Positions 23,831 to 37,139 of a stretch of 64,000 nt of DNA are shown here, piece after piece; position 1 is the stretch's first letter, and the number at the start of each line of letters is the position of its first letter. The translations under genes were made by a program, and so were the position numbers. Below the pieces are notes generated by a model. It made no database searches and was not told where the DNA came from. It saw nothing but the letters and a program-made list of their open reading frames with translations. The stretch is from Octopus sinensis. Its lineage: Eukaryota. The DNA lies in contig NC_043011.1 of NCBI RefSeq assembly GCF_006345805.1, forward strand, positions 24,502,464 to 24,566,463. Reading direction: 5' to 3'.

Positions 23831-24746
23831 CAGACCCTGAAACACGGTTGAAATTCCTTCAGAGACATCTATTCACAGTATATATGGCAGAACTGTCTTT
23901 ATTTGGTGTTAAAAATCCAAGTTTACTCTGAAACATCTTGATTCTAGGTTTTGTATGGACATCTGGAATTTCTTCTCTAATCTTTCACTATCTCTGCTAT
24001 AAGTACTAGATTATCAGTATTATGTAGGACTTCCCACTGACAGCTTGTCTTAAACTCCTCTCCTATGGCTTGGAATATCATAAATAAGAGGGGGTTGAGA
24101 ACCAAACGTTGATGGATGCCTACCTACACACAAAATACTTCACTGAAGTTGCCATCTCCCAGTTTCCTGACAGCATTTCTGTGCATACACTACATACATA
24201 CATACATACATACGTATATGTGTGTGTGTGGATATCTAAAGCTACATAGATTGATAGGCAGATAGTGAGAGAGAGAGAGAGAGAGAGAAATAGACAGATA
24301 GATGCATGCATACGTATGTATATGTATGTATATATATATACATACATAAATACATACATACATACATTCATACATACATACATACATTCATATGTACATA
24401 CATACATTCATATGTACATACATAGATGCATACATATATACATACATACATACATACATACATACATACATACATACATACATACATACATACATACATA
24501 CATTCATATGTACACCTACAGGTACATTGATCTTAAAGCCACATTATAATCTTTACTCATTGTACAACAAATAAAGTTGCTGCAATAACAATATTAATGC
24601 TAACAACAACAACAACGACAACAACAAATATTGCTACATTTTCATTTTTTATGCATCCTCTTGGTTCTGAATTACTTTAACAGAGTAAAGGAGTACCATA
24701 TGTCTGTGTGTGTATATATATATATATACATACATACATACGTATA

Positions 24747-24783
<37 letters not shown>

Positions 24784-24798
24784 GTATGTGTATATATA

Positions 24799-24870
<72 letters not shown>

Positions 24871-25353
24871 ATATGTATACATACATCGGTTTCCTGTTAT
24901 CAAGAACTGATGTAGATAAACTATTTGGAAGATTTAGCAGATGATTCAAAATTTATTCTGAGCTAAATATTCTTTGTTTGTTTACTCAGTATTTTTATTT
25001 AATTGTTCTTGGTGAGCTGTTTTTTGTGTGTATTGGCCTATGTTTCAACTGAGTTTTTTTTTTGCTTTATCATTTTTTTTTTCGAGGGGATTTGAGGATC
25101 TCTCTTTCTATCTCTTCGTCTCTCTGCCTCTCTGTCTGTCGATCTCTCCCTCTCTCTCTTTGCTTCTCTATCAGTCTCTCTCTCTCTCTCTCTTGGTTTC
25201 TCTGTTTCTGTTTCCTTCTGTTATATGCATACGTCCATTATACATGCATATCTACATATGTGTGTGTTTATGTATATATGTGTATGTATGTATGTATGTA
25301 TGTGTGTGTATATATATATATATGTATGTGTATATATATATATATATTATATA

Positions 25354-25401
25354 TATGAAAGCAAAATACAAGATGAATATATATGTGCATATGTGTGCAT
25401 G

Positions 25402-25442
<41 letters not shown>

Positions 25443-25486
25443 CACACATATGCACATATATATTCATCTTGTATTTTGCTTTCATA
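25354..25486. repeat. Palindrome with about 50-bp arms around (TA)n
   Basis: TATGAAAGCAAAATACAAGATGAATATATATGTGCATATGTGTG ... CACACATATGCACATATATATTCATCTTGTATTTTGCTTTCATA. Confidence 0.9.
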
Positions 25487-26138
25487 AAAAAATGATTTTA
25501 AAAATTTCTTTATTTACAGAGATTTTTTTGGTTTTGTTCATGTGAGTATGTTTTGTTCTTATGTATAGCTATCTATATATCTATATCTATATATTCACAT
25601 TGATATTTATAAAATACATATATGTGTGCATGTGTGTGTGTGCGTGTGTGTGTACATATATGTTATATATCTTTTAATAAAAAAAAACAAGAAAGGAAGA
25701 CTTTATTTACTAGTGGATGTCTTATGAATTGTTCTCCTGATTATCCAGGTGGACAGAAATATTGGAATGGTAAGAAAATATAAAGAAGTCAGAAAAGAAT
25801 GGCAGAAGAAATAATGCAAAGAAAGAAGAAAGAAGAAAGAAAGACAGAAAGGCAGAAAAAGGAACCGAAGAGAGACAGAAAGAATGAAAGATAATTTATA
25901 TGAAAAAATGAAGAGAGAAAGAAAGAAAGAAAGAAAAATGAATGAAAGAAGGAAAGAAAGCCAATCCCATTGACTGATTCCACAACCAGATGTTTGCAGG
26001 GAAAAACCTTTGTATTGAAGATCAATCATGGTTTTACCCAATAGCAGGGCAAGATATTATAGTAACATAGCAGCTGCAATACTGGTAGTCACACAGAATA
26101 CGTATCTTACCTTATCTCTCTCCTTCACTTTCTTTCTG

Positions 26139-26311
<173 letters not shown>

Positions 26312-27173
26312 CATATGTACATATACATCTGTCTCTCCTCTTCTCCTCCTTTTTCTCTCGTCCTGTTTCTCTTCACTTTTCTCCACCCCTACCGCCCTTC
26401 CTTTCATCCTTTCTTTCTTTCCCTCTTCCTCTGGGTACATTCATCTCTGTTAGTCGCTCATCACTCACCACTTAACCACTAATGCAGTCTGATTATTTCC
26501 AATTCTTTGTTAATTTCCCCCAATATTAATTTGCATTGGAAATTTTTTATTTTATTTAATATTATCATGATTATTGTTGTTGTTGTTGTTGTTGTTATTA
26601 TTGCTGTTGTTTTTTTTTTGGCTTTTAAGAAAAGTAATCGGAAATCCAAGATGTGAACAGAATTCAGTAATTGGAAAAGAAGAAGAGAAAAAAGAAATAA
26701 TAAAAAAAATAATTGAAAAAAACCAGCCCAATAACAAACAAATTATAAACCAAAATATTTTGTGTGGCTCTGTTTAAAATCCCTTTGTACATCACAAGGG
26801 GAACAATGTACAACTACACATTGTAAAACAACCATTGAATTACAGTTTAATTATAACAAAAACTATTGAAATCTTCTGGTGTATTTATATATTCCTTTCT
26901 AAAAACATGAAATCATATCCATTAATAACTGTAATTTGGTTAATCAGGCTTTGCTGTGTGGTTAAGAAGCCCACTTTGTGACCACATAGTTTCAGGTTCA
27001 GTCCCACTGCATAGTATCTTGGGCAAATGTCCTCTACCATGCTCCTATGGCCAATGCCAACCAATACCATGTGAGTGAAATTAGGGGAAGGAAACTGTGT
27101 GGAAGACCATCATGTATATGCACACACACACACATATAATGGGTTGGCCAGAAAGTCTGTGCACTTTCTTTAA

Positions 27174-27394
27174 CCCTTTAGCATTTAAAACGGCCATATC
27201 CAGCCAAAAGTATTCTGCCTGTTTTATGCTCAAACTGGCCAGATCTGGTCTCTCACACCAACCCTACAATATCGTTTTAAAAATTAACAGCTTCCTCATC
27301 AAAATCTCAAAGCTACAAGACAATGCCTGATTGGTTCAAGGCAATGTGGATGAAAAAGCATTAATTTTGGTAGAATAATGCGAACACTAAAGGG
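27174..27394. mobile_element. piggyBac-type MITE
   Basis: TTAA|CCCTTTAG...CTAAAGGG|TTAA, with TTAA at 27170-27173 and 27395-27398. Confidence 0.85.
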
Positions 27395-28164
27395 TTAAAC
27401 AAAAGTATAACACAAATTTTGAGTGCAAAGTAATTTATTCAATCAATGATATAATTACCATCTTATTTCAGTGTCTTCTGATATCTTGTGGGCAGATCCA
27501 TTATTCCTGCTCAAAGAATTTCCCTTGCTTTACTGGTGAAAAACTCTTCCAGGTGAAAGAATTTTTACATCTTTTACAGAGTTGAAGGTCTGTCTTCAAT
27601 GAATTTTGAAGAAACTGAAACAGCTGGAGATCTGAAGGTGCAAAGCCAGGCAAATATGGATGGTGTGGCAAAACTTCCCAGTCAATACCTAGTAACTTCT
27701 GCAGCATCTGCAAAGAAGTGTATAGTCTGGCATTGTCATGATGAAAGACAATTAGCAAGTACTGGATACTTTTGATGGATTATTGCTTTTAATTTGTTCA
27801 CCTGGTCACAATACATATCTGTTCTTGTCAATAGGAAGGAACTCATAAAAGGTAATACCCTTCCAATCCCACCAAATTGAAAGCTTAGACATCTTTGGGT
27901 GAAGTCCTGCTTTGGAGGTTGTTTATGATGGTTCACTAAACTTCCCCCATGATCGCTTGCACTTCACATTGTTATAAACAATCCATTTTTCATCCCTTGT
28001 CACCATTCCCTTCAAAAAATGGATTGCTTACTTCATGTTTCTGCAATAAATATCAGATGGAAATCTGTTTGGCAAAGTTAGTCTCATCCAACAGATGTGG
28101 GACCCAAACATAGAGCCTGCTGAGATCACCAAGTTGATGTAGATGGTTTTCAACACTCAATCTG

Positions 28165-28345
28165 GATAGAAAACACCCAGTATGCTTTGAAAAGTGGCTG
28201 GCATTAAGAAGGGCATCCAGAAGGGAAACCAAGCCAAACAAGACTGGACCCTGGTGCAGCTCTCCAATTTTCCAGTTCCAATCAAACCATCTAACCCATG
28301 TCAGCATAGAAAACGGATGTTAAATGATGATGATGATGATGATAA
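28165..28345 (+). mobile_element. RTE-tail fragment inserted in the mariner
   Basis: GGCATTAAGAAGGGCATCCAG...CCATCTAACCCATGTCAGCATAGAAAACGGATGTTAAAT(GAT)n. Confidence 0.75.
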
Positions 28346-29638
28346 TTCTTGTCATATAATGAAGGTTGGTGTTGACTAACTCCATTTTGTTGCTGTTAAT
28401 CTCAGTTGGCCAGCAAGAGTAAGGTGTATCTTGAATCAAAAAATTTCTCGAATGAAATCTTGAAAGCCATTTTTGACGCTCTCTTTTTATGACAGCATCC
28501 TCTCCATATACAGTGTATATCTTCCTGAAGGTTTCTGCAACTTCTTATTTTTTTTTACAATAAAAAAGCATTTCAGGGTGATCTCAAGCATGCAAAATAC
28601 AGTTTGTCTCATTGCAAAGTTCACATCGAACTATGTTGAAATGTCAATTATCTAACAATTCACATGCACAAGAGACCGACTGAAGTTAGCAATTTATTAG
28701 AGTGCTTCAAGTGTAGTGTCAATAAAAACCAAATGGACTTTTTCCCTAACCCAATATATATCCAAATATGAATGTAAGTACACACACACACATATTTGAA
28801 GGGTGATATATGGATTTATAAAATCATGTGGCTGTCACAGAAAGCTCCTGTAGTAGAATTTAGCTCCAGCACCATAATTGATATGAAACAATATATCTTT
28901 ATTTTAACAAACCATACCAAGTTAATTATATCTAGTCTCGGTCTTCCATACATTGCATGTATAAAGAGAAAATTTTGTATGTATACTTAGAGTTGAATCA
29001 TTGCTGTAACCATGATGTTCTGGTGAGCTGATGAGCTAGCTTGCTCTATCTGAATTGATTTGTGAATATACAATTGTATTGTATAATGGTGTAACACACA
29101 TATCAGTGCAGACATGTAAACATAATTTATTATACGCTGAAATTATCATTACATGAAGAGGGCTGGGAAATAGTTGTAATCCTAAGGATAACAAGTGATT
29201 AAACAGATATATTCCACCTGCCATACCTCCTGACTTTTTATGTTTTCTGTGTGTGTGTGTGTGTGTGTGCGTGTATATGTGTGTGATTTTTCTTTGAATT
29301 TTATATAAATTCTTAAGAATTCAAGCAGACCACTTACAAAATGACATGACTTTTTGAGTTAAGAGAATTCCCAGGGTTTATGAATATGAGGTTGATTTGG
29401 TGTGTTGGTTGAACTGTTGATGCATACACCCAAGTGTGTGCACTTATTCAAATAAAAATCTCAGATGGGGAATTTTGGGAATATCCTACAATATTCACTA
29501 TGTCACTAATAGATTGGTTTTGGAGAATTGGCATCAGTTTCTTTTGCTCTTCTTCCTTGAAACCGAGTATTTCAAGGTTTTTGTGCTACTTTGTTGGTAC
29601 ATAACCTAATGCACCTATGATGATAGGTAGAATGAGAA

Positions 29639-29866
29639 GGCGGTGAGCTGGCCAAAGCATTAGCACGCTGGGTGAAATGCTTAGCGGTATTTCGTCTGCC
29701 GTTACGTTCTGAGTTCAAATTCCGCCGAGGTCGACTTTGCCTTTCATCCTTTCGGGGTCGATAAATTAAGTACCAGTTACACACTGGAGTCGATATAATC
29801 GACTTAATCCGTTTGTCTGTCCTTGTTTGTCCTCTCTGTGTTTAGCCCTTTGTGGGTAGTAAAGAA
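29639..29866 (+). mobile_element. Young family C SINE
   Basis: GGCGGTGAGCTGG...GAGTTCAAATTCC...GCCTTTCATCCTTTCGGGGTCGATAAA. TSD ATAGGTAGAA(A)TGAGAA on both sides. Confidence 0.9.
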
Positions 29867-30674
29867 ATAGGTAGAAATGAGAATTCATATTCAGGGTACA
29901 AGAGTTATAAGTTCTGCATAAATTCACCATAAATGTTATTTTTTTCCTGGACTTTTTGATTATACATTCACATTCGCTTGGCAGCTGACCTCTACATCAG
30001 TGCATGTCTTTTGTTCCCTGTCCCACAGAACAATATAAATATGTAGGTATATATGTATGTCTTCTATTTTTTAATTATTATAAATCTTCTACTGAGGAGG
30101 GAGCCATTTTCCAACAAAGACACAAAGCCCCATCTTTGGGATGTAGTTAACACAGACAAATTCACATTTCGAACTTGAGAAAAGTCTTGTATATTTTTAC
30201 TGTTCCACTCACAGATTGCACTTGTAATGTACGAATTAGCCAGTCGATTTCTCTTTCTGAAAATCCCAGTTTATCTAGATTCTCCTTTAAGCATTTACTA
30301 ACAAAACCTATGCATATATGATTGTATGTATGTATGGCTTTGAGTTTGTTTTTATTCTCTCAGATGGCATTGGTTTATTTACATCCCCATAACTTTGTGG
30401 CTTGGCTGAAGATGCCAACAGAGTAAGTATCAGACTTGAAAAGTAAGTATTGGACTTGATTTGTTGAAGAAAACCCTTCAAGGCAGATGCACCAGCAAGG
30501 TTGCAGTCCAATGTCTCAAACAAGTAAATGATAAAAGATGAGAGATAAAAGATCAATAAGAAACTAATACAGGCAGCAAAAATGGTAAAATATTGTTTCC
30601 TAGACTTGTATGTTTGGGTTTTTAAGTTCAAATTCTTTCATCTTCATGTGTGTATTGTTGCTAAAGTTGAGGAT

Positions 30675-30900
30675 GTTGTTGTTGTTTAGCCCTGGGTCAG
30701 CCATAATCAAGCAGGCTTATGATCAAAAGCATTCCAACTATAACCATCTCTTCTTTTATTCACACACAATGTACCTTAGACTACATTATTCTGTATGCCT
30801 TTTCTTATTTTGAAGATAATTTGGTGTTATGCTATTTGAGGTAAAGTTAGCTGTATTTCTAGCAGGTTGAACAACCACATAAAAGCACCTTTGTTAACTT
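30675..30900 (-). repeat. Interspersed repeat, same family as 6225-6440
   Basis: Shared motifs. Confidence 0.6.
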
Positions 30901-31707
30901 GGTCCACCTCAGCATTATGCTTTTCTGTTTGTTTGTTTTTTTTTTTTTAGACAGTAGAAAGCTTGATTTGAGAAAGATTTGGCTGCTATTTTTAGCAAGT
31001 CAAGTAACTACATCTAGAATCTCTAGTTGGCTCGCATGTATGTTTGCATGTGAATAGATGGAGGTTAGCGATGTTCAGCTAAGTCCTGGATCTTATTGTG
31101 GACACAGCTTGGCTAAATAATTAAAAAGTTAGCTGTGTAATCACTAGGTTCCCAGGTTCTATTCCACTGTATATCGTTTTGGGCAAGTGTCTTCTATTTC
31201 TAAAATAGGCACAGGCATGCCTGTGTGGTTAAGAAGCTTGCTTTGCAACCATGTCATTTCAGGTTCAGTCCCCACTGCATGGCATCTTGGCAGTAAAGTG
31301 TCTTCTACTATAGCCCTGGGCTGACCATTGCCTAGTGAATGAATTTTGTAGACAGGAACTATATGGAATCTCATCATATGTGTGTATGCACACACACAGA
31401 CATACACACACACACACACACATACATATGCATGGACCCTCATATAAGAGTTCTGCAATTTCTTGCTGAACAATCACAGTTGATTTTTTTTATAGTGATC
31501 AAATGTTTGTGTTCACATAAGTTCATTCTCTCCATCAAATCGTCATTACCTGTACAGGTGCACAACATACCACATGTAAGATGATGAAGTGATTTTCAGA
31601 GCAACATGAAGTGTTTTGCTCAAGAATGCAATACATGTCCTGGTCTGGGAATCGAAACTATGTTCTTGCAATCATGAATTCTACACCTAAACTAAACCAT
31701 ACACCTT

Positions 31708-31746
<39 letters not shown>

Positions 31747-31945
31747 TTTTATTCTTTTACTTGTTTCAGTCATTTGACTACAGCCATGCTGGTGCACCGC
31801 CCAGGAGTTATTCTTTGTAAGCATAGCACTTATCCTATCAGTCTCTTTTGCTGAACCGCTAAGTTACAAAAACATAAACAGGCTAGCATCGGTTGTCAAG
31901 CAATCGTGAGGAGACAAACACAGATACAAAGATACACACATAAAT

Positions 31946-32830
31946 ATCAGGTTGAATAAAAAGTAAGCAACGTTTGGAACAATAAAGAATTTGCACCAGA
32001 TTTTTGCAGAGTTTTGAATTTTTTTTTAAACTATTTTTTGAAATTGTCTGATAATACGGACAGAGACTAGCCCAAATGCATCAATAAATTAACATTGATA
32101 TTTTTTTCACCGTTGTTACAATCATCAGAAATGGAACTGTCAAAGAGTGATATTCGAGCAATTTTGCTATTCAACTTCAAAAAAGGACATAAAGTAGCTG
32201 AAACTGCCTTCAATATCAATGAAACTTTTGGTGAGGAAATGACCAGGGAGTGGTCAGCTGGAAAATGATTTCACAGTGGAGACCTGAGCCTTGGAGATCA
32301 TGAGCATAGTGAACATCTATCAGTCACTGAGGGCAGTCAATTAAAGACCGTCATTGAGAAAGATCCACATAAAACCACTTGAGAACTGCCAAAAGAACTT
32401 CAAGTTAGCCAGAAAACTGCCTACAACCATTTGCAAGAGATCAGAAAAACAAAAAAGCTCAACAATTGAGTACACAGGATTTGAAGGAAAATCAGAAAAG
32501 GCAGATATGAAATTTGCTCATCACTTCTTCTCTGTAACCAGACCAATTCATTTCTTGACCATATTGGGACTTGTGAGGAAAAGTGAATTCTGTACAATAA
32601 TAAAAGTGTTATCACAGTGGTTGGACCAAAATAAATCATTGAAAACCTTCCCTACACCCAAGCTCTTCAACCAGAATGTTGTGGTGAGTGCTTGGTGGTG
32701 TACTGCTGGACTCATCCACTATAACTTCTTAAAACCCAGAAAAACCATTACTGCAAAAACATATTGCCATGAAATTGCCAAAATGAACAAAAGACTGCTA
32801 CTCCTCCATCCCAGACTGGTCAACATTCTT
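31946..32830 (+). mobile_element. mariner (Hsmar1/cecropia-like) fossil, 3'-truncated
   Basis: ATG at 32131 gives MELSKSDIRAILLFNFKKGHKVAETAFNINETFGEE. Further motifs are GTCEEK*ILYNN and WWCTAGLIHYNFLKPRKTITAKTYC. Left end ATCAGGTTG. Confidence 0.9.
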
Positions 32831-32832
32831 CA

Positions 32833-33098
32833 AGGCCGACCAAAGCCTTGTGAGTGGATTTGGTAGAAGGAAACTGCAAGAAGGCCATTCTATGTGTGTT
32901 TGTGTGCCTGTGTTTGTTCCCCCACTATTGCTTGACAACCAATGTTGGTGTGTTTACATCCCTGTAACTTAGCAGTTTGGCAAAAGAGACTGATAGAATA
33001 AGTACTGGGCTTATGAAGAATAAGACCTGGGATCGATTTGTTCAACTAAAGGTGATGCTCCCAGCATGGCCACCGTCAAATGACTGAAACAAGTAAAA
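32833..33098 (+). mobile_element. SINE family A, 5'-truncated
   Basis: Homology to 278-750. Confidence 0.8.
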
Positions 33099-33309
33099 TA
33101 TATACACACACACACACACACATATATTAATAATAATAATAATATGACAACAAACGAATAAATGAGACCTCGATATTATTAGAAGAATATGTCTTTAAAT
33201 ATAATATAGGACAATCAGTTAGTTGCCATAATAATACTCAGAGTTTCAGATGCCAGGGCTAAAAGCTACTCAACATCTCATCAATTATTAAGACAAAGAC
33301 GCTATGTAG

Positions 33310-33545
33310 AAACCTTAAAAGAACAAGGTGTTAGCTATAAGAGTCACTGGAAGATCTTGGTCAAGTGTAAATCTTACATCAACGGCAGTGGAAAGAGCGG
33401 TCTTTGTGATATGGAAAGATGGCTCATCTGGAAAAGTTCTTTAGACCCCGCTACATGTCTAAATTCAAGAACTGAACTTTTTGGATCATGTCCACATATG
33501 GCAAAACATTTGTTACGTTTTTGGACCCCACAAGATCACAGATAG
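33310..33545 (+). pseudogene. PLE ORF C-terminus (downstream of the GIY-YIG endonuclease)
   Basis: HWKILVKCKSYINGSGKSGLCDMERWLIWKSSLDPATCLNSRTELFGSCPHMAKHLL matches the PLE pattern W.IL..A..Y.NGS..C.LC..EK..I......LN.RSE....CRH..K.LL. Confidence 0.8.
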
Positions 33546-34163
33546 AACCTGCTTTTTATATTATATCCATGTACAAGCCTTTCATATGTCTTAACATTTC
33601 TTATATATTTTTATATATATTTTTATTGCTTTATATATATTTTCTGTATATTAATTTCCCTCCTTTTACAATTGTGTAATTATGTGCGCGTGTAGTATTT
33701 GTATGTATAAGCATACATCAAATGTGTACGTGTGTGCATGTGTATATGTGTACAAATGTATATATATATATACGAGTGTAAGACTATCCATTGCACTTGT
33801 CTCCTTCCTTTATACATATATGTATGTATATACATTTGTATGTCTGCAGGTGTAGGAGTGTTTGTGGTGAATGTGAATATGTATACATTTTATGTTTTTG
33901 TGTATGTGTTTTTATTTGTATAAATGTCTATAAATCTCAACGAGGATGATGTTGACTATGTATAAATACATATGTGTATGTGTATATTTGTACATATATA
34001 TGCATGTGTGGTTTTGTATATCCGCGTGTGCATGTGCATGTATATGTATATGTGTATGTGTGTACATATAGAAATGTGTATATGAACATAATAATGTGTG
34101 CATGGGCGCATATACATGTGTATGTGCATGTATGTGTGTATGCATGTGTATATGTGTGTATGT

Positions 34164-34205
<42 letters not shown>

Positions 34206-34377
34206 GTACGTGTATGTGAGTATGTATCTATATACACATATGTGTGTGTGTGTACGTGTAAGTATGTATATATACATGTGTGTGTATGTAGAATTTATGA
34301 ACAAAGTTTTACTTTTACTATGCCTATTAGAGTAACTTCCCTTTATTCAACAGTTTTTTTCATAGCATTTTTTGTCT

Positions 34378-34439
34378 TAATAACTGATGAAATGTCGAGT
34401 AGCTTTTAACCCCAGTATCTGAAACTCTGAGTATTATTA
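34378..34439 (+). ncRNA. Type I hammerhead ribozyme of the PLE terminus
   Basis: UAAUAA CUGAUGA ... GAAAC UC U GA GUA UUAUUA: perfect 6-bp stem I, stem III ACUC/GAGU and a GUA cleavage triplet. Stem II is decayed here and pairs better in the inverted copy at 33230-33290. Confidence 0.7.
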
Positions 34440-34518
34440 TGACAACTAACTGATTGTCCTATATTATATCTGTCTATCTATCTATCGAACTATCTATCTA
34501 TCTATCCATCTATCTATC

Positions 34519-34593
<75 letters not shown>

Positions 34594-34595
<2 letters not shown>

Positions 34596-35099
34596 ACTAT
34601 CAAAAACCAAACCCCCTTCTTTTACCCCCAAAAGAAAAGCTCTACCTTGTAATTTTGTCCTGTCTGTGTGCAGCCCTGTGTGGCTAATAAAGAAACATAT
34701 CTATCTATCTATCTATCTATATATCTATTTATCTATCTATCTAGCTAGCTATCTATCTATAGATATCCATTTTATATGAATTACAAGAAATCGTTAGAAT
34801 GTAAGAACTTCATAGCTTACTAAACAAACAATAAACTTATCTATCTATCTATCATCTATCTATCTATCTAACTATCAAAAACCAAACCCCCTTCTTTTAC
34901 CCCCAAAAGAAAAGCTCTACCTTGTAATTTTGTCCTGTCTGTGTGCAGCCCTGTGTGGCTAATAAAGAAACATATCTATCTATCTATCTATTTATCTATC
35001 TATCTAGCTAGCTATCTATCTATAGATATCCATTTTATATGAATTACAAGAAATCGTTAGAATGTAAGAACTTCATAGCTTACTAAACAAACAATAAAC

Positions 35100-35100
<1 letters not shown>
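34594..35100 (+). repeat. Tandem duplication (about 275-bp period) containing a retroelement 3' end in (TATC)n
   Basis: 34594-34837 and 34869-35100 are identical apart from microsatellite length. Confidence 0.9.
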
Positions 35101-35183
<83 letters not shown>

Positions 35184-36387
35184 ATAAATACAGTGCGCAT
35201 TTAAACACATAAGAGGTAACCATCATAGGATACCTGGCACGCTAGAAAGAATAGCCAAAATCCAAACCACTGAGGTTGATTTGGCCACTGGTAATAAAAA
35301 TTTCTAAAATCTTTTTCTTACCCTGATATTATTAATTATCTATCTATCTATTAATAAGTTAGAGATGATCTACATTGATAGTATTACAATTAGAGGCATT
35401 TGTATAGAATAAAGTCAGGAGAGTCTGGTTCATTATTTTTGGGGTGTGTGGGCATAATATCAAGTGTATTTATACCTGTAATTCAAAGACCGGACCTTGT
35501 CACGTCTTGTGTTATATTGATTCTAGCCAAAGATTATATTTAGGGTTCCCATGTCGTTGGAATACTCAACCACTTATGCACTTATTCAATGAACAGGTTA
35601 TTTAGTTCCATCAAACAACCGAACGGCTGTCGCTGAACCTGACTAAGAATCTATTGACTGGATTTTATTTAACATACAGACATACTTTTTTATAAGCCAG
35701 CTTTTTTATTTATGTGTGTGTGTTGTGAGTATGTTGTGTGTGTGTGTCCATGTGTGTGAGTGAATGTGTGTGTGTGTGCGTGCACTTGTGTGTGTGAGTG
35801 AGTGTGTGTTTTCTTAGAAAACCAGTGAGAGAAATTCCAAACTGAGAAGCATTTCTTGAATAAGTTATTTTATCAGTTTGGTTGGAAAAAGAACTTAGGT
35901 AAACTGCAACGAGATTAATAGCTTCAGTAAGAATTTTTCTTTTTTCCATCACTGTATTCTGCTTTGAAGACAGGAAGAACTAGTAATTTCTCAGAAGCCT
36001 TGCAGTACTTTTCTATTTCCTATGATCTTTCTCATTGTTATCAACATTTACATGTCTTTTCTACATCAGTATGAGTTATGAGAAACCAAAAACGGTTTTT
36101 ATTTTCTAGTCTCAACTCCAATTCATGTGCCGAGAATTCTATTCTTCATAGACATTGGTAAATAGGTAAGAAATTTTCTCGACACAGGTTGGATTCCAGT
36201 GTACAGTAAATATCTTGGGCAAGTATCTTCTACCAAGTCATGAGTCAACTAAAGCTTTATTGAATAGAAACCATGGAACATCATTGGATGGGCTATACCT
36301 ATAATGCAAAGCAGCTTACCTTGTCAGCCTTGTGGACGAATCTGGTAGATGAAAACTGAAATAAACTCTGCTTATCTATCTATCTAT

Positions 36388-36534
36388 CTTTTCTTTTTTT
36401 CTTTTTTTTCCTTTCTATGATCCCTTTTGATCGAAAACCTACCCCACTTTCTTTTTTTCTCCCCAAAAAGAAAAGCTCTACTTCGTAATTTGTCCCATCT
36501 GTGTCCAGCCCTGTGTGGCTAATAAAGAAACATG

Positions 36535-36535
<1 letters not shown>
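36388..36535 (+). mobile_element. Retroelement 3' end inserted in (TATC)n
   Basis: CCCCAAAAAGAAAAGCTCTAC..TGTGTCCAGCCCTGTGTGGCTAATAAAGAAACAT is homologous to 34625-34700. Confidence 0.65.
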
Positions 36536-36606
<71 letters not shown>

Positions 36607-36667
36607 GCTATCTAGCTATCTGTCTAGCTGTCTGTCTATCTAGCGTACATACATGCATGCATGCATG

Positions 36668-36700
<33 letters not shown>

Positions 36701-37139
36701 GCACACACACACACATACATACATACATACTTACATACATACATACATACATATTGGGGCACTGGAATATGTAATACACTGCCTAAATACCAATCTTGAG
36801 AAATTAGGCTTCTCAAAATCAGAAAGGAGAAAGCTGATTTGAAGACTACAGATCTAAGCCATCACTGGAACTGTAAAAATCTGTAAAACTTTCCAGAAGT
36901 TTATCATATAAGTATATATGAGCATGTCTAGATATGCAACTATATGCATGAGAAAACATACATAAAACAAAACATACAAATCTGCATGTATACATACATA
37001 CAAAAATAGCCTGTTATTAATGGATCTAGGTAAGAAACCGGCTCTATTTCCATTGGCAAGAAATCTTGAAGTAAAATTGAATAATGACATATATGTGTGT
37101 GTGTGTGTATGTATGTGTGTGTGTGTGTATATATATATA

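Larger units (their letters stand above)
27137..28756 (-). mobile_element. Full-length mariner (DD34D) fossil with two nested inserts
   Basis: TIRs TA|TAATGGGTTGGCCAGAAAGTC and TA|TATTGGGTTAGGGAAAAAGTC. Motifs VAETFRKIYTVYGEDAV..RQKW; WVPHLL; VTRDEKWIVYNN; FHHDNAR; WEVLPHHPYLPGFAPSD. Confidence 0.9.
33140..34469 (+). mobile_element. 5'-truncated Penelope-like element with inverted terminal repeat
   Basis: 33199-33306 is the reverse complement of 34361-34469, and both carry a hammerhead. The ORF end lies between them. Confidence 0.8.
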
